Assembly: GCA_964247055.1 (NCBI GenBank)
Contig: OZ176057.1
Span: 2,666,001 to 2,730,000 of the forward strand
Length of the DNA stretch: 64,000 nucleotides
Reading direction: 5' to 3'
From: Paragordius varius
Taxonomy: Eukaryota > Animalia > Nematomorpha
The translations under genes were made by a program, and so were the position numbers. Shown here piece after piece: positions 1-12,719 of the stretch. Below the pieces are notes generated by a model. That model saw only the letters and a program-made list of their open reading frames with translations. It had not been told where the DNA came from and made no database searches. Each line of letters begins with the position of its first letter. Position 1 is the first letter of the stretch.

Positions 1-194
1 GTTTTTATATATTTTTAAATATAAAATTTTTTTTTAAATTAAAATAATACTGAAAAAATAATTAATTAGGCCATAAAGATATATTTCATATTAATATTGA
101 GTAATATTAGTTCGAAAACATATGATTTGTGTAATTTTAATTGTTCGAAGGTAAATTCAAATTGTTCAAGGGTGAATTTGAACTGCAAATGGTA
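1..194. mobile_element. MITE family A (foldback, 21-bp subterminal repeats), partial copy
   Basis: Core ccataaagatatatttcatattaat..gagt.atattagttcgaaaaca, 21-mers gggtgaatttgaattgttcaa, and terminus gcaaatggta. Confidence 0.85.
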
Positions 195-708
195 TATTTT
201 ATTATATAAAAAAAACCAAAGTTTGAAAAATAAGAGGTTGTCTCAATTAAAAAAATTTTTTCGTTCTTTAGTTTCAAAATTTTATATTGTATAATTTTAT
301 AATATACTCTATTAAAATTTATCTTCTTTATATTAAATTTACAATAAAAATTGAGATTATACGGACAAAGCGTATAAAATAAACACAATTTTTTTTCTAA
401 AACCATAATCTTTTCTAAACTTTAATTTATCCTACAAAAAAATCATTTAATTACACAACAATCGTAAAATACATAAATGAGTGTGCTACCAATTTAAATC
501 TCTATTTTATAGTCAGTAAAAAACAATAAGTTTTATATGTAAAAAATTACGATTTTTTGCGAAAAAAATAAAAAAATATTTATCTTTTAGAAAAAATAAT
601 AAGTTTTGTCCGTAGTATGTGTAATTTCAATTTTTACTGTAAAATTTTATTAATCACATTAAAAAAGAAAGGTTTCTTATATATAGATAAATGTAAATCA
701 TTCAATAC

Positions 709-3700
709 CACCAATCAGCTATAAAAATTTCTTCTTTGGCACTGTATAGGGCATCGGCCACTGCAGAAAAATAACTAGCGCCATCTACAAACCTGCAAAA
801 AATAAAAATAATAGAATTCAAATTTCTAAAAAAAAAAAAAATTTATATAAAAATAAAAAAAATAAATTTATATATATAAAAATTTATTATATTTTTGTAT
901 CTAGTCTTAAAATCCCTTAAAATCCCTTAAAATTAATCTCTTATAACCTTAAAAATCCTTAAAATACAAAAAAAATTCTCTGGAAAAAGATATAAATATA
1001 GTTGTAAAATATTGCAATTATGGTAAAAATTAAATATGCGCCATGAATAATTAAAATCTACTTAGATTTGAATAATTCACACTTTGTTAAAATTAAATAA
1101 CATTTTGAGGTTCCTCTTGTAAAAATATATCTATTAATCGGGGAAATGTTTTTTTGTCTAAAATTATTATTGAGTATAAACTAATGCGTCAGTTCAAAAA
1201 AAGTTTTTATCATATCAATTATATCGGAATTGAAAATTTTCTACGATTCCTGTCAAATTTAAACAAAAAACCCATTATAAATTAAATTTTATGAAAAAAA
1301 TAGGTGGATATTATGTAAGGTAGGTTAAAATACCCTATGTAATACTAAAACGAGATTTGAAAAAAAATATAATATCAATTCTCACAAAAAAAAAACCATG
1401 AAAGTATCATCTTTTCCCCTATCATATTCAATCAAATTTATGAATTTGCTACGATTCAATATAATTATTTAAATTTTTAAATTTACAAAGTTTAGTATTT
1501 TTTCATCTTTAACACTTGAATAAAACACATTCATTTCAGTCCTTCGATTCAAATTGGGGTGGTTGGGTACCCACTTGCTTAAAATTAAATATTCCAAAAA
1601 ATATAAAATAAATTGAAACCACGAGTTTGCACATATATAACATTAATGAACCGAAATAAAAAAATCATTCAAATATACTTGATATTACTTATTATAAGGT
1701 AAAACCTAAAGGTAAAAATTTTGGTCAACATGAATTGTGTGCATTGGATAAATTTAAAATCAATACAAAATAAACCAATTTTTCTATTTTTATCAATATT
1801 AAATGTGATTTAAATAAAAAGTAAACTTCATTTTAGGCGTAACATCAAATAAAAAAGATATTTTACAAAAATGTTGTAAAATAAAAATGGCGTCAAAGTA
1901 GTTTAATATGAAACTATTTTTTCTATAAAAACTAAATTTTATTTATATATTTTGGCTATCTTTTTTAATTTTTGTTACGATAGAGAAGCATAAATTTAAA
2001 TTAGGACCGTTTCTTTCCTTTTAAAAAATTAACTTAAATAAAACTTGGGGTATTTAGATACCCCAAATCGAATCCAAGTGTTAAGGATAAAATTTTAATT
2101 AAATAAACACGAAATTTTACAAAAATGTTGTAAGATAAAAATGGCGTCAAAGTAGTTTTCTATCAAAACTAAATTTTATTTAGATATTTCAACTTATTCA
2201 TATATTTTTATTAGGATAAATCGTTTCTTTCAGTAGTATATTTTGTTTTTCAAAAAAATATCAATTTATATAAAGTCTGGGTTATTTAGATACCCCGAAT
2301 TGAATTAAAATGTTAAACAAAAATTTTTTTACCAAAAAGCATGGGCATCCGTTCTTTGTGGAGCAAAACTTTCAAATCTGTGTTTAAGCATAAGCGTTTG
2401 AGCCAAAGGACTTTGTTGTAATTGACAATTTATATACTCTAACCATTCACGGGCCTCGCGTTCTTCATTGAATTTTATGAGAACTTTTCTAAAACATATG
2501 GGGGGGGGGAAGGATAAAATATACCATTTTTACAAATCAAATTCACTCTTAAACAATGCAAATTCACCCTCGAGCAATTCAAAATCACCCTTGAACAATT
2601 CAAAATCACCCTTAAACAATTCAAATTCACCCTTAAACATATCAAATTTACATTTGAACAATACAAATTCACCCTTGAACAAATTAAATACATCCTTAAA
2701 ATTTTAATTTACTCTTAAACAATTCGAATTCTCCTTAAACAATTGTAATTCACCCTTGAACAAATTAAATACATCCTTAAAATTTTAATTTACTCTTAAA
2801 CAATTCGAATTCTCCTTAAACAATTGTAATTCACCCTTGAACAGATCAGATTCACCTTGATCAAATTCCCTTGAACAGATCAAATTTACTCTTAATTCAA
2901 ATTCACACTTAAAATGCATGTTTTTTAACATTAAAAATTACCTATATTTATATATATTTAAAAAAAATTTGTTTTAAATTAAAATAATACTGAAAAAATG
3001 ATAACCATACCATAAAGATGTATTTTATATTAATTAATGAATATCGAAAACACATTATTTAATTTTAGGGTGAATTTGTATATATAATTATATATATTTA
3101 TATATATATATGGAAATAAAACTAAAATATTATTTAAACGTTATTAACCTAATCCTTAAACATTTAAAGTTAGCCCTCAAATATTTCAAATAATTTATCC
3201 TTAAACCACACAAATGGCTTCGTGGGGGTTGCATTCGTAAAATATATGATGATAGGTATTAACCAATATATTATTACGTTTCAAACATAAGATGGTAAAT
3301 AAAAAAAACTTATTATTTAATAATTTTTACTAGTTCAGTGCCAAAATTTGGCAAGATTTATTGAGAACATTTGTTTAAGAAAATCAATTTAACACATAGA
3401 TTTTGTAAGATTTCTTTTAAATTTCTTACGGGCAGAAAAAAAATTATTTTTGAATGGCGGTGTGTTAGCCATACCTGATTTCATTCAACATTTCAAATTC
3501 TCTCCCTTAAACATTTTAAATTTATCCTTGAACATTTAAAATTTAGTCTTAAACACTTCAACCGTAAAAGCTCTTCAACTTTTCAAATTCACCTTCATTG
3601 AACATTACAAAAATTAAACTTTCAAAAAATGATACATATAAAATATAAACAAACATAATATTTATATAGCGAATTTTTTAAACTCCAAAATTCTAGCAAT

Positions 3701-6700
3701 AAAGCAACTTAAATAAAATAAGCAGTTTACAGTCTTATGGATGAAGAAATTGAAAATAAATTCTTTGAATTCCCATATATTTTAACAATGCGGCAGGGCG
3801 TCAAGTTTTTCAAATTAAAAATCAAATATTTCTAGATTATTATTTTATTAAAAGTGCTAATTTACAAAAATCATGAAAAATAATATAAATATATTTTATT
3901 AAAAGCGTATTGTTTTCCCAAAATTTTTGTTGAAATCATTTTTAGCACTTAAATATGAAAAATCACTTATATTTTTATTTATTCTAGAAAATTGGCCTTT
4001 TTTAAAAAAAGATTAAACACACAAAACAAATAATAAAACAAATATTTTATATTTTTATTGAATTTAGCTTAAAAAAGGATAATTTGAAGAATTTGATTCG
4101 GAGGTGTGGTAAAATATAATTTGAATAAAATATATCTATTTTTATTATTATACTACAAAATAATTTATTGAAAGGAAATATAATTAAACAACAGTTTAAA
4201 AATTTAATCTTCTGAGTAAAAATTTTGGATACTTTGTATACATAAATGTAATATTTTTAAAAACAACTTTTTTGTTTCAAACTGATTTTCCAATTTAACA
4301 AAATTATTAACTTTCAATGTTTTCAATAAAAAATTGTAAATAATAACCCAAAAAACTTATATGTTTTTAAACGTATTTTATCTAAAATAATTTTAAGAAA
4401 TAAAGGAAAATATACGGTCTTTCAACGATCAGAAGTTGATATTAATTATAAGATTATTATAAATAATAGAAAGTAGGTTAAAAAAAATAAAATTAAGATA
4501 TGACATGAGATTTGATTGATAAAAGTTAAAAACAATACAAAAAAGTCAAAGGACCAACTTGAAATATTTAAAGACCAACTTGAAGGGTTCAAGAACCAAC
4601 ATGAAACGTTCAAAGAACAACTTAAAATATTCAAGGACCAACTTAAAACGTTCAAGGACACTCTTGAAGTGCAAATGGTATATTATTGTACTTTCAAAGT
4701 CATTCCTAATAGTTTTTTTATATAATTTATAAAGGCAGGCATGCATACCTAGATCTATTTTGTAAAACTAAACGATTTTTCTTAAATCGTTTTCGTTCAA
4801 ACAAAGAATTTGATGATATTGCAGTTTCAGTCGGATGCAGTCTAGGGTGTTCATTGGTCATATTTTGAATATTATTTGCGTTGTGATTGGAATTGGAATT
4901 GCAAATAATGGGTTGTTTGTGATTTAAATCATAATTGTTTTGAATGTCGTCAATGTCTTTATCGCCTCCACTAATACCTGGAACCAAAAAAAATATATAT
5001 TTTCTTTAAAATTGCATTCATACAGGGGAAATTGTAAAATTTAAGACAAAATATATATATATATATATATATATAAATTTTATGAACCTTTTATTTTACA
5101 TACATAAATATTCAATCACAATTTTGTACGATATAATATCCTAACAACTGAAATCTCTGTTCCCTGTAAATCAGGAGAGTTTTCGACACAAATGGCTTTG
5201 CAGGCCGGACTTTTTGATCGAAAATAGCAAAATATATGGGAATTGAAAAATATTTTATCGGATCTCAAACATAAAACTGTAACTAAAATTTTTTCAAACA
5301 TTTTCGGCCATTTCATTGCCGAAATTCGGGATAGACATATTTAGAAATTGGTTTAAAACATATCAATTTTAATTGGATTTTGTAAGGTTTTGTATTTATT
5401 TTTTTCTTGTGGGTTATGCAAAAATATTTTAAAAGGCCGAAGCTCTACACGGGCCGCGTGATACCCCTACTGTAACCAAATAGAAAAATATATGTACTCA
5501 AAATCAAGGATTAAGTGAAAAGAGTTGATTTTTGTCTTTGATTTTATACATTTTGTAGGCAAAGTTTTACTAAGCAAATCAATCATTATATTATACTAAC
5601 TTTTTATTACAAACAATAAATATCGAAATTTTACAGTAAATTATGTAAATTGTTTTACATGCAAAATTAACATTATAATCTAATCTATGTTTATTTCTAT
5701 ACATATATTTACGATTCTTACATATATAAAATTGAATAACTTGGCCCATTTTTCTCTATTCTGTACTTTGCATGAAAAGTAAAAAGTTTTAATATATATA
5801 ATACAATTATTAAGTTTTGTTAATTAATATAATGAGCATAATTTAAAGACAGTTAAGTTTATAAGGTTGGAAAAAATGTTGATATTTGAATGAAAAATTT
5901 TCATATAAGTCTGTTTAACAGAAAAAGTATAAATTTTTAAATGTGAAATATACCAGCTAAAGCATTCTCAGCCAAAGGATTCAACTGAGCAGGTTTTCTT
6001 AAAATGCGTGTCTCAACAAACCTAGCCGGCGATTCTAATACACTCAATATTTTTTGTCCTATAAATGTGTTATAATATATATATTACAAAAAAATTGTTA
6101 ATACAGTAAAAATGATTTAACAAAACGTAAAAATATACCATTTTACACCTCAACTTCACCCTCGAAAGATTATTCACCCTCGAACAATACAAATTCACCT
6201 TCGAAAAAATTAAATTAACCCTTGAACAATTCAACAAAAAATTTTAATTCACCCTTGAACAATTCAAATTCACCCTAAAATAAATTTTGAGTTTTTTAAG
6301 ATTAAAAATTACCCATAATATTATTATATTTTTAAAACCTGTAATTTTGTTTACAATTAACATAATATTGAAAAAAATAATAAACTAAGCCATAAATATA
6401 TATTTCATATTAATGATGAGTTAATTATATTAGCTTGAAAACATATAATTTATTTTTAGGTTGAATTTAAATTATTAGAGGGTGAATTTAAAATTGTAAT
6501 TGGTATATGTTAGACTGGATATTATTATAGAAAAATTTATGATTCAAAAGCATGGTTGTTTTTTCAAAAAAAGGATTTATCATTTGGTGTTTACGTTTTG
6601 TCCTATTAAAATAAATGAAATATTCTTAAATTTCACTGAAAAATAAATAATATCACAAATATTAAACATAATATAATAAGAATTATAAGCCTAATGATTT

Positions 6701-9700
6701 ATTTTAAATAAAAACCCAAAAAAATTCATTCTAACACAAAAATAACCGAAATGGCATATTTTGAACAAAAATAATTTCAGGAATTTTTCAACTTTTTTAA
6801 AAAACTACTATGAAAAATCACGTAAATTTTTCACCGGTAATATATTCCAAACATTTAGATTTCAGGCTTTCCAAAACCTTTAAACTTTTGTTTTTCAAAA
6901 AATGGCATATTTCAAACTTTTTGATACTTTACACTTTAATAAATATTTATTCACACATACTAAACACTTTTCAAAAAAGAAAAAACTCTATTAAATCTTA
7001 GTATTTGGAAATATAAAAATCTTACCCAAGGGCGGTTTAGTTTGAATGTGAGCACTGAAATAACTGTCAACCAGCATGACACAACTAACGTTTCGGTTTC
7101 GAAAAGCTGTTCGAAATTTCGTTGCGTCCTTTGCCTTGGTACACCAATTGTTGGTTGATGGACAAAACCATTTTGAACTATTTTTTTTTAAAGTTATAAT
7201 AAAGGGGAAAATAAAAAAACTAAGTTATAAACTCAGGCGCGCACTAAAAAACCGTATAATAAACTGAGTTTTTTTAGAAATATAATTTGTTTAAAAGCTG
7301 TACATAACCAAAAAACTATTTTAAACTTTTTTGGTATTTTTCAAAGTTGTAATATAAAAATAAAAACTAAGTTAACTCATGCGTAAAAATATACAGTGAA
7401 GTATAGAATAAACTGATAAAAATAAAACAGAGTTTAAAAGGTGTATATTTAAATGGGTCCGTGGTTGATGAACAAAAACCATTTTGAACTTGATAGTTTT
7501 TTTCAAAGTTATAATAAGGGGAAAATAAAAAAACTAAGTTATAAACTCAGGCGCGCACTAAAAAACCGTATAATAAACTGAGTTTTTTTAGAAATATAGT
7601 TTGTTTAAAAGCTGTACATAACAAAAAAATCATTTTGAACTACTTGATAGTTTTTTGTTTTAAAGTTATAATAAAGGGGAAAATAAAAAACTAAGTTAAC
7701 TCATGCGTAAAAATATACAGTGAATGGTAGAATAAACTGATAAAAATAAAACAGAGTTTAAAAGGTGTATATTAATTAAATTGGTCCGTAGTTGATGGAA
7801 AAAAACCATTGAACTACTTGATAGTTTTTAGTAGAAAACAAAAAACTAAGTTATAAACTCATGCGCGCACTAAAATAGAAAGTGAACCGTATAATAAATT
7901 CAGTTTTTTTAGAAATAAAACAGAGTTTAAAACGTGTATATTAATTAAATGGGTCGGTAGTTGATGGACAAAAAACCATTTTAAACTTTTTTGGTATTTT
8001 TCAAATTTATAATAAGGGGAAATAAAAAAAACTAAGTTATAAACTCGTGCGCGCATTAAAATATATAGTAGAGCGTATAATAATCTCAGCTTTTTTAGAA
8101 AGAGAGTTTGTTTAAAAACTTGAGTACATTTACTGAATAAGCTCATAGTTGTTAAACAAAAAAAGCATTTTAAACTACCTGATAATTTTTTGTTTTTTCA
8201 AAATTAAAACAAAGTAGAAAATAAAAAATTAAGTTAACTCATGCGCACTATATGCAATGAAGGGTCGAATAAACTGAGTTTTTGTAGAATAAAACAGAGT
8301 TTAAAAGGTGTATATTAATTAAATTGGTCCGTAGTTGATGGACAAAAATACCATTTTGAACTTGATAGTTTTTTCAAAGTTTTAATAATGGGAAAATAAA
8401 AAACTAAGTTAACTCATGCGCGCGCGCTAAAATATACAGTAAAGGGTAGAATAAATGATTGGAATAAAACCATGTTTAAAAGGTGTATATTTAAATGGGT
8501 CCGTGGTTGATGAACAAAAACCATTTTAAACTATAGTTTTAGTTTTTTCAAAGTTATAATAAGGGGAAAATAGAAAACAAAGGTTATAAACTTATGAGCG
8601 CATTAAAATATACAGTGAAGCGTAGAATAAACTCAGCTTTTTAGGATAAAATAAAGTTTGTTTAAAAGATGTATATTAATTAAATGGGTCCGTAGTTGAT
8701 TGAAAAAAACATTTTGAACTACTTGATAGTTTTTTGTTTTTTCAAAGTTATAATAAGGGAAAAATAAAAAACTAAGGTTATAAACTCGTGCGCGCACTAA
8801 AATATACAGTGAAGGGTAGAATAAACTCGGCTTTTTTTAATTAAACAAAGTTTCAGCTTGAGAACATTAATTGAATCAGCTCATAGTTGTTTGTTGGGCA
8901 AAAAAACCATTTTGAACTATTTTTTTCAAAGTTAAAACAAAGGGGAAATAAAAAACTAAGTTAACTCATGCGCGCGCTAAAATATACAGTAAAGGGTAGA
9001 ATAAACTGAGTTTTTGTAGAATAAAACAGAGTTTAAAAGCTTGAGTACACTAATTAAATGGCTCCGTAGTTGATGGAAAAATCCCATTTAAAACTACTTG
9101 TTAGTATTATGTTTTTTCAAAGTTGTGACAAAGGGGAAATAAAAAAATAAGTTTAAACTCATGACATTAGAATATACAGTGAACCTTAGAATAACCACAG
9201 TTTTTTTTTAAATAAAATAAAGATTGGTTAAAAGTTGTATTGAATAAGCTCAGAGTTGTTAAACAAAATAACCATTTTGAATAACTTGTTAATTTTTGTT
9301 TTTTAAAGTTATAATAATAAGAAAATAAAAAACTAAGTTAACTCATGCCCGCACTAAAATATACAGTGAAGGGTAGAATAAACTGATTAGAATAAAACAG
9401 ATTTTGTTGGAAACCTGTACATTTCTTGAATAAACTCATAGTTAAACAAAAAACCATTTTAAACTTTTCAGTCTTTTATTTCAAAGTTATAATAATTGGA
9501 AAATAAAAAACAAAGTTATCAACTCATGCGCGCACTAAAAAATACATTTAACCGTATAATAAACTCAGCTTTTTTAGAATAAAACAGATTTTATTTTGAC
9601 AGCTTGAGTACACTAATTGAATGAGTCCGTAGTTGATGAACAAAAAACCATTATATTAGAAATCATGCCATGTTAAGAAAATGGAATAATAATTAAAATT

Positions 9701-12682
9701 GAAAATGAAAATTTAATGATTATAAAAATTCTCATAAATTAATGTCATTGTGCGTAAAGTTTATACTATGTTATAAAAAAAGATGAAAAAATAAACCATT
9801 TTATACTAAAAAAGCGAAAAATCCTGTTAAACTTAAAAAAATTCTAGGAATTTTTAAATTAATTAAAATCATTTGTCCCTAATAAAACCGTTAAAACGTT
9901 ATAAAGATTTTATTATTCAAAGCCATTATAATTAAAATCAATGCAATGCAATACATTCATTAGCGTGTTTTATAGTAGATATGTGAATTACTTAGTTTTA
10001 AATTCCAAAAAATAAAAACCATAATTACCACAAAGTTATTTTAAAAGTAGCAATTCATTTTTCAAAGCGAATTGTTTTTACACCTATCGTAATTATTTTA
10101 AAACTATTTTTAATCGAAAAAAAACTTTTTTTAAAATAAAAAAAATAAAAAATATACCAAGTAGTTTGTGGAGCTGATTTTTCCAAAGGACTAACATCTA
10201 AGACAACATTGATATCGCTATAAGCGAAATAACTATCTTTCATAATGACCCATCTATAATAAAAATATTAATATTTTAATAATAAATTTTCATCGTTGGT
10301 AAGAATATAGAACAAATTCGGGCAAACTTGAATAATTTCTTATATCTGCCATTTAAAATTCATATTCACCCTTAAACAATTCATATTAACCGTCGAACAA
10401 TTCAAATTCACCCTAAAAATATATTATGTGTTTTCAATATAATATAACTCATTGTTAATATAAAATATATTTTTACGACATAGCTTATTATTTTTTCAGC
10501 ATTATATTAATTTTAAACAGAAAATTATATTTAAAAATATTCAAAAATAAAGGTAATTTTTAATCTTAAAAAAACACATAATTTATTTTAGGGTGTGAAT
10601 TTGAATTGTTCAAGGGTGAATTCAAACTGTAAATGGTATATATTTAATTCAAAAAAAAGTAAAATTTATAGAAAAAGAGTTGCTTATTTCACACTGAAAT
10701 TTGAAAAACACAGTAGTGTATGGAAAAAAACAACAAAATGTCGAATAAACAACTAATTTCCTCTCTCTTTTTTTCATACAATCCTGTGTGTTGCAAATTA
10801 CCCTACTATAGCAGTGTAAAATAATAAGTAACCATTAAAATGCATGTTGTAATTAATTAACACTTCGATAGTTAGGATTTTTAAAAAACAATGAAGGAAA
10901 CGGTCCCAATTTAAATTTCAAAATTTTTGCAAAATATCGTCCTCATTTAATTTTAGCGTTAAGTTAAGGCTAATTTTTTATTTAAATTACATCTAACATT
11001 TATAGAAATAGAAAAAGCGGTATATTTGTATTATTTTTTAATTTCACCATTGCACACATGTCACGTTGACTAAATTTTTATCTTTTGGTTTTAGCTAAAA
11101 ATAAGTAATATCAAGTATTTTTGAATAAATTTTTTATATCTAAAAGTTTATTAATGTTATATAAATGCAAAATTTTGCCAAGGTTTCGATTACTTCCATA
11201 TTTTTCAAGGAATTTAATTTAAATAGGCCTGGGGTATTTAACTACCCCAATTTGAATTGAAGGACTAAAATGAATGTGTTGTATCCATGTGTTAAGTAAA
11301 AACGAAAGGAACCAAATAATTTCACACAATTTAGCAATAAAAAATAAAAAATTCCCAGAAAACTCAAAATTCTGTTGAATAATAAAAGGGTAACCTTTTT
11401 CGCCATCGCAAAAATATTTTTTTGAACCAATTCAAGGCTTTTAATCCGTAATATCCGCCACTCCGTTTATCAACCACGTTTTCCAGTCCTTTGTTCCCGT
11501 ATTCCGGTTTAAATGATAAATAACTCACTTGACAAAACATTAACTGTGTGTGGAAAAAAATTATATAATATTTTACAATTGGAGTTTATTTAAAAAAGTC
11601 TAAATATTTTCAATAAATTCCATAATACATAATGGGTAATTCTCTCAATTTTGCTAATATTTTACAATGTTTGTTAATAAAAAATTTCACAAAAAATGGT
11701 CCTATTTTCAATTTGGATTTTATCAACTATTATATACGTTATAGTCTCGTATATGAATAAATTACTGGATTATATTATTGTTTCTGAAATTATACGGACA
11801 AAACGTAAAAATATAAAAACAAATGTTTTTTTGAAGAAAACCATACTTATTAAATCATGATTTATTTCAATATAAGTCATTGTTTTAATTGGTAAAGTGT
11901 GAAATTCTATATTTTCAAATAACTAAATAGCTTATATTAAAAAAATTAAGGTTTAAAAAAGAATGGGTTTGTCTTTTATAAAAAAAAGATTTGTCTTTAT
12001 ATTTTTACGATTTGTCCGAATAATTTTAATTTTTAATATACTTACCGTATCTTCATGATTCCGTAGTATTCGAGAAGCTAATACATGCTCCAAATAATAT
12101 TCCAATTGTCTCTAACACATAAAAAAAGATAAAATTTAAAAAAAATAGTAGTTTAAAAAATTGAAAAAAAATTTTTTTTTCATATATAAAATAAAACCAT
12201 AATTTTTGTCATCTGTTTGGGTATGAGGTAGGCATCGACGAATGACGGTAAATGGGGCACATTCAAACCCGCTCTATAAAATTATCATAAATTTTATTTT
12301 AAAAATTGAAATTATACGGACAAAACGTAAAAATATAAAGACAAATATATTTTTTTAAAAGACAACCATACTTTTTGAATTTTAATATTTATAATGATAA
12401 CTCATTGTTTCAAACTATAAAGTAGGAAATAAATATGTAAATTTTGATAACACAAGCAATTTATTTATTATATGATTATTAAATTATTTTAATAGGATAA
12501 ATTAAGGTTTGAAAAATTTGTCTTTTAGAAAAAAAAGTGTCTTTATATTTTACATTTTGTCCGTATAATTTCAATTTTTACTGAATTTTAAAAATTAACT
12601 TCCAGTGTTAAATTTTTTATATTTTGTCAAAATGCATTTGTTGAATTCAGGGGTGTCCAACATGAATGGCTTCGTGGGTGAC

Positions 12683-12719
<37 letters not shown>

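Noticed and set aside
2522-2900. Regular 21-bp direct repeats resembling a CRISPR array
   Set aside because: No unique spacers, eukaryotic intron context, and inverted copies at the other end of each element.
5116-5316. GC-richer ORF as a possible extra PLD exon
   Set aside because: The flanking exons 6058-5954 and 4977-4749 already join in phase 1, there are no convincing splice sites, and there is no PLD similarity; it is probably a repeat fragment.
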